Position numbers and translations under genes: made by a program. From Lama guanicoe (taxonomy: Eukaryota), in NCBI GenBank assembly GCA_013239625.1, contig MU053513.1, forward strand, positions 888,370 through 915,784: a DNA stretch of 27,415 nucleotides, read 5' to 3'. Shown in pieces: positions 1 through 11,480 of this stretch; position 1 is the stretch's first letter, and each line of letters begins with the position of its first letter. The notes below the pieces were generated by a model. The model was not told where the DNA came from. It saw only the letters and a program-made list of their open reading frames with translations, and did not search any database.

Positions 1-127
1 GGGAGAGATTTTTAGAGTGAAAAGTGTTATGTACTGGAGTACAAAATTGCTGTATCTACTTTTCTGGAGTTTTTTTTTTTACAGATAGTGTAGCTCTTCA
101 TCTTTCTGGATGATTTAAACGTGAGAG

Positions 128-178
128 ATGGACCAAGTGACCACCTCTGGTTCGTTTCTAGCCTTGTAATTCTGTGAG
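128..178 (+). mobile_element. MIR3/L3(CR1)-like 3' end fragment
   Basis: GGACCAAGTGACCACCTCTGGTTCGTTTCTAGCCTTGTAATTCTGTGA resembles the recalled GGACTAGATGACCTCTAAGGTCCCTTCCAGCTCT..ATTCTATGA terminus; short and degenerate. Confidence 0.35.
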
Positions 179-447
179 CAGTTCTTCAGAACCGCTCGTA
201 AACTCCATTAGGCTGTAGCTAGTACTCTCAGTGGTAAGCAAGTTCCCGAAGATTTCCTCTAAATTTTCTGGCTTTACTGCATCAACAAAGCTTTAACTCT
301 TCAGTGGCTATAAAATTTTCTGTTTTAAAAATATTAAATAAAATTCTTAATCTTAGAACTCACTCTTTGTCAGTGGAACACTTAAATGGACTTGATTTAT
401 AGGCGTCTCCTGGAAACAATGCTATATTGTAAGAAGCAGTGCTTTTT

Positions 448-1015
448 AAAATAAATATTTATTGTGTCTATTCTTATCTGGAAAAGGCGGGAACAAAATG
501 TCCTTACTCTTCAAAAGAAAGGCCAAGTCAAAAAGTCATACAGTAAATAAAAAAATGGAAACTCAAGCACAGCAAGAAGAAAGAAGGGAATGCCTTCCAT
601 CTCAGGGGCACGTGCAGGGGCATCAAAGCACATGCAGATGAGAAATTAGCAAGGTTGCTGGAAAAAGATGAAATCTGAATTTTGTCCTAAAATATTAGTA
701 TTCTTTGTTAAAATAGTTAAGAAATAATAATTTATCAGAAGCAATGTTTAATGGTTCTGAAAATGAGAGACATGAGTTGTTTTGAACATCTTCAAGTACT
801 TCATAGATCTGGAATGTTGGCGGCAGGGGTGGGATGAAAAGAGAGATACAGCCAAGGGCTGGATCCTCGAGGAACTTCAGTATCAGGCTGTGGGAATGGA
901 CTTAAATATCAAGCTACGGAATTTGAAATCAGTTTTGAAAACAAAATCTTTTTAAGTAGTGAGAGGACACGATGACATTTATGTTTTGGGCCCAAAGCTT
1001 TCACGACTGTGTGAA
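448..1015 (-). mobile_element. L2 LINE 3' portion, highly decayed
   Basis: Starts with AAATAAATATTTATTGTGTCTA (antisense L2 terminus) and continues with L2-like blocks such as GGGCTGGATCCTCGAGGAACTT, GGAATGGACTT and GATGACATTTATGTTTT. Confidence 0.6.
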
Positions 1016-1369
1016 CGATATTTATTTTTTCAGGTTAGGTTAACCGTTTATAAATTGTCATAAAAGTTTGTTTCTACTTCCTTAGGAAGGCCAGCCATAT
1101 TTGGGAGATAATTGTGCAGACCCTAGAGAAGTTTGTGGTGTTTTCTTCATTACGTATTTGAAGATATTTTTCATTACATTTTTCCCATACCTGATTCTAA
1201 AAATTGCCGCTGTTGCTCATGGTAAATGAAAAGTATTGACAGTCCCAAAATATTAAAATGTAGAGCATTGACCTTAGATTATCAATCTAGTATATGGAAT
1301 GGAATAGAAAAGTTAGGATAGAGAGGAAAAAATGAAGAAGGTCTTTGGCAATTGATTGCATGTTTTCTT

Positions 1370-1551
1370 CCTGACTCCAAGCTTTCCAGCTTCATAAACC
1401 TTGAAAAGTCAACCTCTTTGATTCTAATTTTCTAACAGGTGAAATAGAATTACTAAAATCTAACCCACAGGAATTTGGGGGAGAATCTATTGAAACAACA
1501 TATGTAAAGCACTTACAGATTTCAGCACCTGGAAAGTACTAGATAAATGTT
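1370..1551 (+). mobile_element. MIR SINE
   Basis: Core-like AACCTTGAAAAGTCAACCTCTTTGATTCTAATTTTCT and tail-like ATATGTAAAGCACTTA...ATAAATGTT. Confidence 0.65.
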
Positions 1552-2559
1552 CCTCTGCTCTTGTGCATATTTGTAAAATACACTAAGGAATTAATTGGCA
1601 AAGATTAACACAATCAAAAGGAAGTATATGTCATATGTTGAAGAGTAAGGCTATAAAAAAAGCTGATAATAAAAGCAGAAATATCTGACAACAATGGTCT
1701 GAGGGTTTACCCAGGGGAGGGATTGAAGCATTGGTTATTGCAGGCAATTTTCTACTTGGAAATTGTAGCTTTTCATCTTCCATGTTCCTGTGGGCGAAGA
1801 TAGTGCCTTTCACTTTTGCAGTGTCAGCTGTATGTTGGGCAATACATTTTTAATCCAAAAATAGTTGTTTAGGTAAAAGAACCTGTTATGCCAATGGGTA
1901 GTCTGTGCTGATCCTTTGTAGAAGGCAAGAAAATTCCCCAGGAGTACCCCAAGCTGCAGAAATCTAGGACCTGATAAGAGGCATAGAGATTCAAGTCAGG
2001 ATTAGACATCAGAATGGGTACTTTTAAACTTGGAGAGAACTGGAATGCTGATCTGATATGTGATTTAGGGTCTAAGAGCCAAGCGAAAGTCTTACTCTTT
2101 TGGATGCCAAAGAAGCTGATCCCAAACCTTTTTCACATGGCCAGTGTAACAGAGGATATAGAGCGTGGTGGGGAATGGTTATGGAAATTTATATGGTTGC
2201 CAAATTTGGTGGGGAGAATTAGATTAGAAGTGTTTCTTATTTGTTAATTTCTTATTTATTTAATGCATTGCTTTCCTGGTGTAGTAGCTTATATTTCTTT
2301 GCTAGTATTTTCTACCACAAATACATGACAGGGGTGACTGTCTACTATTTTGATTGTGTTAATCTCTGCTAATTAATTCCAAGTAGAGGTTATATGTATA
2401 TTACAAATGTAATCACTATCATAAACAGTCTATAGTTAAATTCTGGGAGTGCCACATGAAGAATAACACTTATTCTCCAAACTATTCCCCAACTCACACG
2501 CATGGTACTACTACTATTACATTGCTACTCCTGCTACTACACACACACACACACTAGCA

Positions 2560-2720
2560 CATGGGTCTGTTTCTGGATTTTCTGTTCTGTTTCACTGGTC
2601 TCTCTGTCTGTCCTTACATCAGCACCACTGTAACTTTATATTGTCTCTACTGATAAAGTCATCCTACCTTATTTTCTACTCTTCAAGAGTATCTTAGAAA
2701 TATTGAGCCTTTTGCATTTT
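2560..2720 (-). mobile_element. Ancient L1M ORF2 fragment (left part of an inverted segment)
   Basis: Reverse complement reads AGACCAGTGAAACAGAACAGAAAATCCAGAAACAGACCCATG, matching the L1 ORF2 'DQWNRIESPE' region. Confidence 0.75.
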
Positions 2721-4745
2721 TAGAAATCAACTTTGTTGAGCTTTAATTTGCATACAATAATTCACCCTTTTAAATTTATATTTGATGATTTTAATAAATT
2801 TATAAAGCCACATACCCAATGCCACAATGAGTGTATAGAATATTTCCATCACTCCAACAAGTTCCCATATAATCCATCATAGTCAGTCTTGTCCCCACCC
2901 ACAAACCAGGCCTGAGGCAACCACTGAGTGACTTTCTATAACAACAGATCTGATCTATCTCAAATACATGCAATCATAAATATGTTCTTTTTTTGAATAT
3001 GCCTTCTTTTTCTCAGTATAATGATTTTGAGATTCACTCAAGTAACAGTAGGTTCTTTCTTTTTCTTTCTGAGTACTATTTATAATTTATTAATCATTCA
3101 CTTGATGGACAGTTGGGTTATTATAGTTTGGAACTATTATGAATAAAACTACTATAAAAATTCATATACTAGTCTTAGTGTGGACATTTGTTTACATTTC
3201 TCATGAGTAAATGCCTATAAATTGAATTACTGGTTTATTTGGTAAGTATATGTTTATAAGAACCTGATAAAATGTTTTGCAAAATGACTGAACCATTTTC
3301 CTTTCCCATAGATAATGTATGATAGATCTAGTTTTTCCGTATTCTCATCAACATTTTCTATAGTCCATCACTTTAATTTTAGCTTTTCTATTAGATGTAT
3401 AATGGTAGCCCATTGTGGTTTTAATTTACTTTTCCCAGGTTACCAATGATGTTGAGCATCCTTTTGCATGCTTTCTTGCAATCCCTAGCTTTTAAGTGTC
3501 TATTCAAATCTTTTGCCCAATGTTATTGATTTTTTTCCTCTTTGAATTTTGAGAGTTTTTGAAATATATTATGGATTGAGGTCTTTTCTGAGATATATTC
3601 TTTGCAGATATTTTCTTTCAATCTATAACTTTACATGATTTTAACAGCGTCTTTCAGAAAGCAGACATTTAGATTTTTGGTGAACCTTAGTTTATCAATT
3701 TAATCGTTTCTTGATTTTACTTTTTGTGCTGTTATCCAAAAACTTTTTTTATAATCCGAGCTATAAAAATTCACCCTAAGTTTTACATTGTGGTCTATTT
3801 GGAGTTATATTTTTTATATATGGTGTGAGGTAGGGATTAAAGTTTTGTGTGTTTTTACATATAAACTATTCTGTCCTCATTTTCTAAAAAGACTATCCTT
3901 TTCAAGAAGACTATTCAGCAAATAGTTTTACTTCTCTCTTTTACTTCCTTTTACTTCTTTTTTTTTTTTTCCAACCTAAATGCCATTTTTTTTCTTTTTC
4001 CTGGCTTATTGCACTAGCTAAAACCTCTGGTTCAACGTTGAGTGAAAGTAATGAAAGCACGTAGTCTCATTTTGTTATTTACATTAAAGAAAAGCATCTA
4101 GTCTTTCAGCATTAAATCTAATTGTAGTTTTTTTTGTGATGGCCTTTATAAGACTGAAGACGTTTCCTTCAATTTCCAGTTTGCTGAAGCTTAGTTTATC
4201 AGGAATAGACTTTGACTTTTGTCAAATGCTTTATCTGCATTAATAGAGATAATCAGATTTCTTTTTCTTTTTTAGTTGATTAATACAGTGAATTATATCA
4301 ATTGTCTTTCAAAAGTTAAACCATGTTTACACTGCTAGGAAAAACCCAGCTGGTCATGATGTATTATGTTTTCCTTGTACTATTGGATTAAATTTGCTAC
4401 AATGGTGTTTAGAATTTTTATATCTGTTTTCATAAAGGGTATTAGCATACAGTTTTCTTGAAATGCCTTTATCTGATTTTGGTATCTGGGTGATGGTGGC
4501 CTCATAGAATTAATTGGAAAGGATTTTCTTTTCTTGGATTTTTTTGACAAAGTTTGTATAGAATTGGTGTTATCTCTTAAATGTTTGAAATAACTTGTCA
4601 TTGAAGCCATTTGGGCCTGTAGTTTTCTTTCTGGGAAGACTTTTGATTACAAATTTTATTTCCCCAATATTCAGATTATCTATTTCTTCTTTAGTGAGCT
4701 TTGATAGTTTGTGTTCTTTAAGAAATTTTTCCATTTTATCTAAGT
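2721..4745 (-). mobile_element. L1MB/L1ME-type element, 3' UTR plus decayed ORF2
   Basis: Antisense 3' end CAACTTTGTTGAGCTTTAATTTGCATACAATAATTCACCCTTTTAAA. ORF 4380..4610(-) ends ENCMLIPFMKTDIKILNTIVANLIQ, a remnant of the L1 RT motif [25 protein letters not shown]. An internal deletion lies near 3905. Confidence 0.9.
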
Positions 4746-4945
4746 CAAGGATTGGCAGATTTTTCCATAAAGATCAGAAAGTAAATATTTTAAACTGCAA
4801 AAGACAAAATCAAAGCGTTTATATATGAATCATACTTATATAATTATTTAACATAATATAAATATATATATAAGTGCTATTGAGTATCCACTTCAGATTA
4901 TAAAAACCATCCTTAACTCATGGGCCATACAAACAAAACTAAACT
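4746..4945 (+). mobile_element. MER58-like hAT-Charlie MITE, right end missing
   Basis: CAAGGATTGGCAGATTTTTCCATAAAGATCAGAAAGTAAATATTTTA matches the recalled MER58 start; AAAAACCATCCTTAACTCATGGGCCATACAAAC matches its subterminal region. Confidence 0.7.
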
Positions 4946-5149
4946 AAATTAAAATGAAAACAGACATGAAGTATATTTTTCATCTCATATATTGAAGATT
5001 TTATTTCAAGAATTTAAAAAATATTCTATATCTGTATGTAGTTTTTGAACATATGGGAGAAACTGCTGAAGCCCAACACTATTAAACATTCTGCCCAGTG
5101 TCCTGTTTTCCATCTGGCTTTTGGAAATGAAAGTGTTGCTGTGTGAGCA

Positions 5150-5580
5150 AGGGGTACTGTTCTCTCCTTTCACATGGCTCTGAGTTCACATGCAGCGCTA
5201 TTCAGTATTTTGCTGAATCCTCAACAGAAACTTTGCAGTTCTTTAGGATTCTCTCTCTCAGCAGCTTTTTTTTTTCTTTTTTTTTTTTTTTCTGTCCTGC
5301 AAACTGTAGTCACCTTGGTCTTCTGGCACTATTGGCTCCGTCTGTTTTGCTCAGGGAATTTATCAAGCTGCATCTGAATCATGATCAAGAAGCCCTCAAG
5401 GCAGTAATCTTACTTCATTTATTTTTTTTTACTCATCTCACAGCGATTACTGCCTGTTGATATCTGTTGTCCAGTGTTGAAAACCATTTTTTCATATATT
5501 TTTCTTGTTTTGCTGTTGTTAATGTTGGTTATTTCTGGCAGGACAGTAATCTCATCTCCGTTATTCATTTCTAGCCCTTT
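5150..5580 (-). mobile_element. L1ME-type 5' end/5' UTR-like fragment
   Basis: CTCTCTCTCAGCAGC, CCTGCAAACTGTAGTCACCTTGG, AGGCAGTAA and CTGTTGTCCAGTGTTGAAAACCATTTTTTCATATATTTT match recalled antisense L1ME 5'-end consensus blocks in order. Confidence 0.6.
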
Positions 5581-5599
5581 GTGTTTTCGTGTCAATTGA

Positions 5600-6638
5600 A
5601 AAAAAACAGCATAACTAGCTCCACAAAAGCTTGATATTTTTTGGCTGGGATTTTGTTTCAAGATGAATGAATTGAAATATATCCTTTGAAATGATTATTT
5701 TAGTAATATTGAGTTAACCAATCTATGAACATGATATATGCCTGCTTTGCAATAATTCTCAATAGTAATTAATGATATTTGTAGTGAGCGTGCAGAATTT
5801 TTTAGATTGCTTTCTAGACTTGTGTTACTTTTTTGTATTTTAAATGATATTTTAATTTTATTGCCTATTTCTGTAAAAAATAAATGCAAATTTTTTTTAT
5901 CTTGACTTTTTGTCTAACAAGTTTCCGACATTTTTTTATAATTCTGATAATTCATCAAGTCATCTACTATTTTATTTTTTTCTTCTAATAATTAAACCTT
6001 TTATTACTTTGTATTGCCTCACTGTATCTCTAGTAAAATGATTAATAGATGTGGTAAAAGCAGCCATCCTTATCTCATTTCTGTTCTCAAAGGAAAACTT
6101 TCTTTTAATCATTAAACTTTGTGTTTATTTTATCCCTTATATTCCTCACTTATGGAAATTTTCATCAGGAATAGGTGTTGAATTTGATAAAGTCCTTATC
6201 ATTTATCTATTAAGATGACTCTGCTGTATTTTCTTTATACTACTATTTTGGCAAATTACATTAATTTTCAAATGTTAAACCATCTCTGTATTCTTGGAAT
6301 AAGTCAAAGTTAGCAGTCATGTATTATCCATTTTTGTATTTTACTGGAATAGATTTGATGCTATTTTGTTTAGCGTTTTGGCATTATTGTTTATTAATGA
6401 GGTTGATCTGCAATTTTACTTTCTCATAATATCCTTATCAGTCTTTTTTAGATTTTTCTGGCTTTTTTGAATTAGTTGGATAGTATTCCATCTTTTTTTG
6501 TTCTCTGAAAGAATTTTAAATAGCGTTATCTCGTCATATCATCCAGATGGTGCACCATACAGGCCTGGTGTTTTGTTTATCTTTAATTACAGATTTAATT
6601 TCTTTAATAGTTAATTTTATATTTCTTTTCCATGCTTA
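5600..6638 (-). mobile_element. Ancient L1M ORF2 fragment continuing the 2560-2720 piece
   Basis: GGCTGGGATTTTG, AATATTGAGTTAACCAATCTATGAACATGATAT and GTGGTAAAAGCAGCCATCCTTATCTC are antisense ORF2 blocks collinear with where the 2560-2720 fragment stops. Confidence 0.8.
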
Positions 6639-6639
6639 T

Positions 6640-7490
6640 TTTGATTTACAATAACAGAGGTACTATAGACAAGGAGAAAGGATGATCTTTTCAGTAAATG
6701 GTGGTGAAACAATTAGATATCCATATGGAAAAATGAAAATCACACCCTCAATTTACATCATGTATAGCAGTTAATTTCAGCTGAATTGTAAACTTTTATG
6801 AAATGAAAATCAGAAAACAGCTTGTAGAAGATTAAAAGCAGGTTAAGAAATGAGTTCTTCAACAGGACAAAATAGTAGTAACCATAAAAGTAAATATAAA
6901 ATGGAATTAGGTTAAAATTAAATATATATTTTTATTTAAATGGCATCATTAATAAAAAGGCAACTCATATAGTTGGAGAAAATACATGAAACACATATAA
7001 TTTATCAATGACGTTTACATTGGATATGTTAAGAACACCTGCAAAATAATAAGAATGAGCAACAGACCTGAATATACATCAGTGAAAGAAGACATCCAAG
7101 TGCCCTGTGAGAAAAAGAAAAGATGCCCCTGCATTAATAATCACAGAGATTAAAAGTAAACAAGTCAATACCACATACCCACCAGGATGGGTAAAACTTT
7201 AAAAGATTGTCAATATCAAATGTTAGTGAAATTTTTGGACAATGGAAATTCTCATCACTGCTAGTATGAATATAAATTCCTAAAACCACCTTGGAAAACA
7301 GTTTGGCATAATCTGTATATTTAAAGATAAGGATAGCTAATAGCCCAGTAATTCTGCTGCCCATGCACCAAAAGACACAAAATTGTTCATGGCTGCAAGA
7401 TTTCTAATATTTAAACCTGCAAACAATCCAATTGACCACCATCAGTAAAATGTATAACTCAACTGAGGAGTATCCGAACAATGGAATCAT
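6640..7490 (+). mobile_element. Ancient L1M(E) ORF2 C-terminus and start of 3' UTR, sense orientation
   Basis: GAAAGGATGATCTTTTCAGTAAATGGTGGTGAAACAATTAGATATCCATATGG, AACCACCTTGGAAAACAGTTTGGCA and AAACAATCCAATTGACCACCATCAGTAAAATG. Confidence 0.85.
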
Positions 7491-7781
7491 TTTCACCATC
7501 ATCGTTTCCATATTGCAACTGTCATATTGTTAATTTATCACGGGATATTGATTCTAAGCAATCATTAATGTTTCCTCTATCATAGTTACAACTCAGAAAC
7601 CATTTTGGTCTTATTTATCAGGCAAATCCAGAAACATAGTAGGCAAGAGTTAGGATTGCTTTATAATCACAAAAAGAAAACCACCAGTTTTAATTTTGTG
7701 CTAGTGAGAAAAGTTAATTTATTTATTCTTTTTTCTCTCTGTGTAATTGTATTATGTATAATAGGATCTGAAAGACAAAGG

Positions 7782-7824
7782 CGCGGTGTAGCTCAGTGGT
7801 AGAGCCCATGCCTCGCATTAAATT
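7782..7824 (+). pseudogene. Tailless retrocopy of a tRNA-Ala 5' half (or head of a tRNA-Ala-derived camelid SINE)
   Basis: CGCGGTGTAGCTCAGTGGTAGAGCCCATGCCTCGCAT matches the recalled tRNA-Ala(CGC) 5' half at 32/37. A-box is present; B-box and poly(A) are absent. Flanked by the perfect repeat AAGACAAAGG at 7772-7781 and 7825-7834. Confidence 0.8.
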
Positions 7825-7904
7825 AAGACAAAGGTTTTCACCTGCCCCCTGCAGTCTGTTTGGGAGTTTAATTAGTATTTCTTCACCATATTAAATAGGT
7901 TAAC

Positions 7905-8408
7905 TGTGGTAGGCAGAATAATGGGCCACAAAGATATCCATACCCTTATCCTCAAAACTTGTAAATAAGTTATAGTGCATGGCAAGAAAAAATTAAGGTT
8001 GCAGATGAAATTAAGTTGCTAATCATGTGAACCTGAAGTTGGGTAATTCCTGGGCGATCTCAGTGGGCCCGATATTATCTCACAGGAGTCCTGAAATGCG
8101 AAAGAGGAAGGCAGAAGTGTCGGTGTCAGAATGAAGAGATAGAAGAAAGACTCAGCTGGCCATTTCTGGCTTTGACAGTGGAGGTGGGCCATAAGCCCAA
8201 GAAGGCTGGTGGCCTCGTGGAGTCAGAAAAGGCAAAAAGAGATTCTCCATTAGATCTTCCTGAAGGGAACTCAGCACCAGCCACACAGTTTAGCCCAGTG
8301 AGACCCATTTTAGACTCCAGTCTCTGAAACGATAAGGCAATAAATCTGTGTTGTTCATTGTCACCAAGACGCGGTAATTTGTTACAGCAGCAATAGGATA
8401 TTAATACA
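7905..8408 (+). mobile_element. MLT1 (MLT1D-like) MaLR solo LTR
   Basis: Starts TGTGGTAGGCAGAATAATGG and ends GGTAATTTGTTACAGCAGCAATAGGATATTAATACA; AATAAA at about 8339; about 500 bp. Confidence 0.9.
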
Positions 8409-8707
8409 GCAAATGAGGATGTTTCCTTGGGTATAATATTGTGTAAAAGTGAGAAGCGTAGCTGGGTGAATTTTCACTCTTTTTAAAAAAGATTTAAGAG
8501 TCATATTTCTAAAAGAGACACTATACATTTTTTAAAACCAAATGACACAATTGAGTTGCCAAGAAATACCTGGAAAAGTCGAGGAAAACAGATCATGGTA
8601 CTCAAATTCACCTGTATCCACAGGGAGACACAACACAGGGTTGTGATTTTTAGCCCCGACTTCGTAGGTAATTATTAAATAGTAATTTAAGATCAGGGTA
8701 CTTACCC

Positions 8708-8710
<3 letters not shown>

Positions 8711-8742
<32 letters not shown>
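8711..8742. repeat. (GT)16 microsatellite
   Basis: Perfect dinucleotide run read directly. Confidence 0.98.
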
Positions 8743-8743
<1 letters not shown>

Positions 8744-10600
8744 CAATATACTGTGTAAGCAAAGAAAAGAGTGTATTTGTCTCTAAAAATTATTATCACT
8801 ATATTTCAATAATTAAATCAAGGTTAAAAGTTCATGAATAACTACTCAAAGATTTTGTCAGTTGCCCTAATCTTAATTTTTTTGTTCAATTAGTCAAAAT
8901 TCTTCTTGGAGTTGTTGCAAAGGAGAATTATGAAATATGAATGCATATGAGAAAAACAACATAAAACAAAAACCCTTCAGCAGTCATAGGTATGTTAGCA
9001 CATTTTGCAAGTTGGGAAGGATAACAAGCAGGTGAATTCATCATAAACATTTCAGATGGCAAAAATTTTTTAAAGTGTATCTTATGTTAACATTACGTAA
9101 ATATATTTCCTTCTTTACTTGTTTCCATTGACATGTAACTGTTTTTACTTATGACAGACCTCACATCACTTAGGAGAAATTGATACTTGTTACATTTATT
9201 CACATTGCATTTTCAGTATATTGTACTTGCTCATAAAATATCCCTTATTTTAAACTTCAAGTATAGTCACATAAATAGCTTTTAAATCCATCTATGTTTA
9301 TCTGATACATTTTAAAATATTATTTTTAACAATAAGCAGAACAGTCACTCAGAATCCTTCGTTCTTTTAGAAATGAAGGCAGTCTCTCACTGTATACAGC
9401 TAATATATAATACTTACACATATATGAAAGAGTTACTTGATATTTGCTTTGTTCCATGGAGCAAAAATAAACTCATTTTAAAAAAGGCATATAAATTAGG
9501 TGGTAAAAAAAAGTTCTTGGTTTAACTCTAAGATCTGAACCAAAATTAAAGAACCTGTTTTTAAAAATGCTTTGAAACCATCTCATAAGGAAAGACTAAA
9601 TCTGGAAGGAAATCAAAGGAATAAAGTGGAGAGGAACAGACATCTAAAAATGCAAATGCTGACAATCTTAGGATGCGACCTGTCTGGCTTCCTTTAAAAT
9701 CACAGAAATATGTGCTTTGCAAATGAATTCAGTCTGACATTCAAAGCTGAGAGGCTCCCACCTGGTGGGAGCAGGGTCCACTGGCAATCTTGCTCCTCAC
9801 CCAGACTTCCCACACTGCTGGTGCAGAATGAGTGAGGCAGTAACAACAGATGGAGTGTCGTTGTGGAACAAAAAACATTCGGGGGGAAACATGTGCAGAT
9901 GTATGTTGGCCGTGAAGCTATGTGAAAGGTCTTACAATCTAAGAAATTAATCAGAAAACAGAACCGTTGTGTAGAATTTGAGAAAAATTTGGCAATAAGA
10001 TTACATTTGTGAAACCACATAGGCAATACCATCCCCTCCATCTTTCAAATCATAAATTTTATTTCCCAACATGTTCCTTTTCTAATTCAACAAACTCCTC
10101 TCAGTGTGCTAGTTGGAAATGCATACAGTCCTTACATGATAAAGGTTTGCTATAGGAATGAAATGACTTCTTTTATGTAAGTTCCTCATGCTTTGGACTT
10201 TATTCTTTTTAACATATTTATAATTTCCATTTGTTCTACGTATGCTCCATTAGGCAATTTATGAGTTAAGAAGATTTACAATGAAGCCTAACTTAATTTA
10301 CTCTCAGAATTTCCACAGTAACATGTTTCTGTTTACTTTCTTAATGAAGATTTGACTGTAAATGTTAGACCTTAGCATTCCTCCTGATGTAAAATCCAGT
10401 CAGACTTTCCATCCTGATGGTATAGTGTGGTGATAAATACATGCTTTACATAACGGAGGTAGGATTCCATAGCCTCTGTAGTGGGCTAAAAATAATTCTT
10501 TACTTTCTTACCTATTTACTCAAAAGCTAGTATGCTTTATTATTCACAGTATTTGCACAGCACCTTCAATGTACCAAGTTCTCCCTGAGGACGTTTGATG

Positions 10601-10944
10601 TTTTGTTTTTGAAGTCTTGATTTTGAAAGCGGTTTTAGGCTCATAGCAAATTGAGAGGAAGATACAGAGATGGCCTGTACACCCCCTGCACCAGAAATGG
10701 CACAGCCTCCTCCATCGTCAACACCCCCACCAGAGGGAGACATTTGTTACATTTGAGAATCCTGCATTGACACATCATTATCACCAAAAGTCCATTGCTT
10801 GTATTAGGGTTCTATCAGGGTTGTGTGTTCTATGGATTTGAAAAAGTATGTAATGGAAGATATCCACCACTGTATGATCATATAGACCATTTCCATGGCC
10901 TTAAAAACCCTCCATGCTCTGCCTAGTCATCCCTCCCTCCCCTC
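10601..10944 (-). mobile_element. L1MC1-like 3' UTR fragment
   Basis: GCGGTTTTAGGCTCATAGCAAATTGAGAGGAAGATACAGAGA, CATTGACACATCATTATCACCAAAAGTCCAT and TCATCCCTCCCTCCCC follow the recalled antisense L1MC1 3' end. Confidence 0.85.
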
Positions 10945-11080
10945 TTTAATGGATTTTCCATCTTTACAACAACGCTACAGTGGACATCATTAATTCTATT
11001 TTGCTGATGGGGGAATTAAACTGTGAACAGGTCACATAAGATTCAAATGTTGTTCTGCATGCCTCTTCAGTCTATGTTTT
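10945..11080 (-). mobile_element. MIR fragment (other part at about 10540-10600)
   Basis: ATCTTTACAACAACGCTACAGTGG...TCTATTTTGCTGATGGGGGAATTAA...AGGTCACATA is an antisense MIR core. Confidence 0.55.
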
Positions 11081-11261
11081 TTTCTCAATCTCATGGTGGT
11101 TCTTTTCAAACAGGATTCCAAATAACAGGTTTTTTTTTTTTTTTTGATTGGGGGAGCAGGGAGTCTGTACCATCATCACTGTTAAACTGAAATAAACTTT
11201 CTCATAAGAAGAGTTCTTTTGGCACCATGTTCAGTGGAGATAATATAAATCTGGCTTAATA

Positions 11262-11480
11262 TTTTAGAGCATCAGCTCAGCTGTTAGATTTAAAACCCAG
11301 CTCTGACACTCCAGTGCTGTGTCTTTCAGCCTGCCACCTGACATCTCTGGGCCTTCAGTAGTTTCTTCTACAGAATGGGGGCAATGTTTTTCAAAGGTTT
11401 GTTTAATATTTAAATGACAAGGTCAATTTAACTGCCTAGTACATCGGAAGTGCTCCAACATGATTATATCATTATCATTA
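11262..11480 (+). mobile_element. MIR SINE
   Basis: AAACCCAGCTCTGACACT, CTCTGGGCCTTCAGT, AGAATGGGG, TGCCTAGTACAT..GTGCTC and a (TATCAT)-like tail. Confidence 0.7.

Noticed and set aside
4380..4610. ORF with reverse-transcriptase-like peptide
   Set aside because: Frameshifted remnant of a dead L1 ORF2, not a gene
7782..7824. Functional tRNA gene
   Set aside because: Only the 5' half is present, with no T-arm/B-box and no 3' acceptor strand
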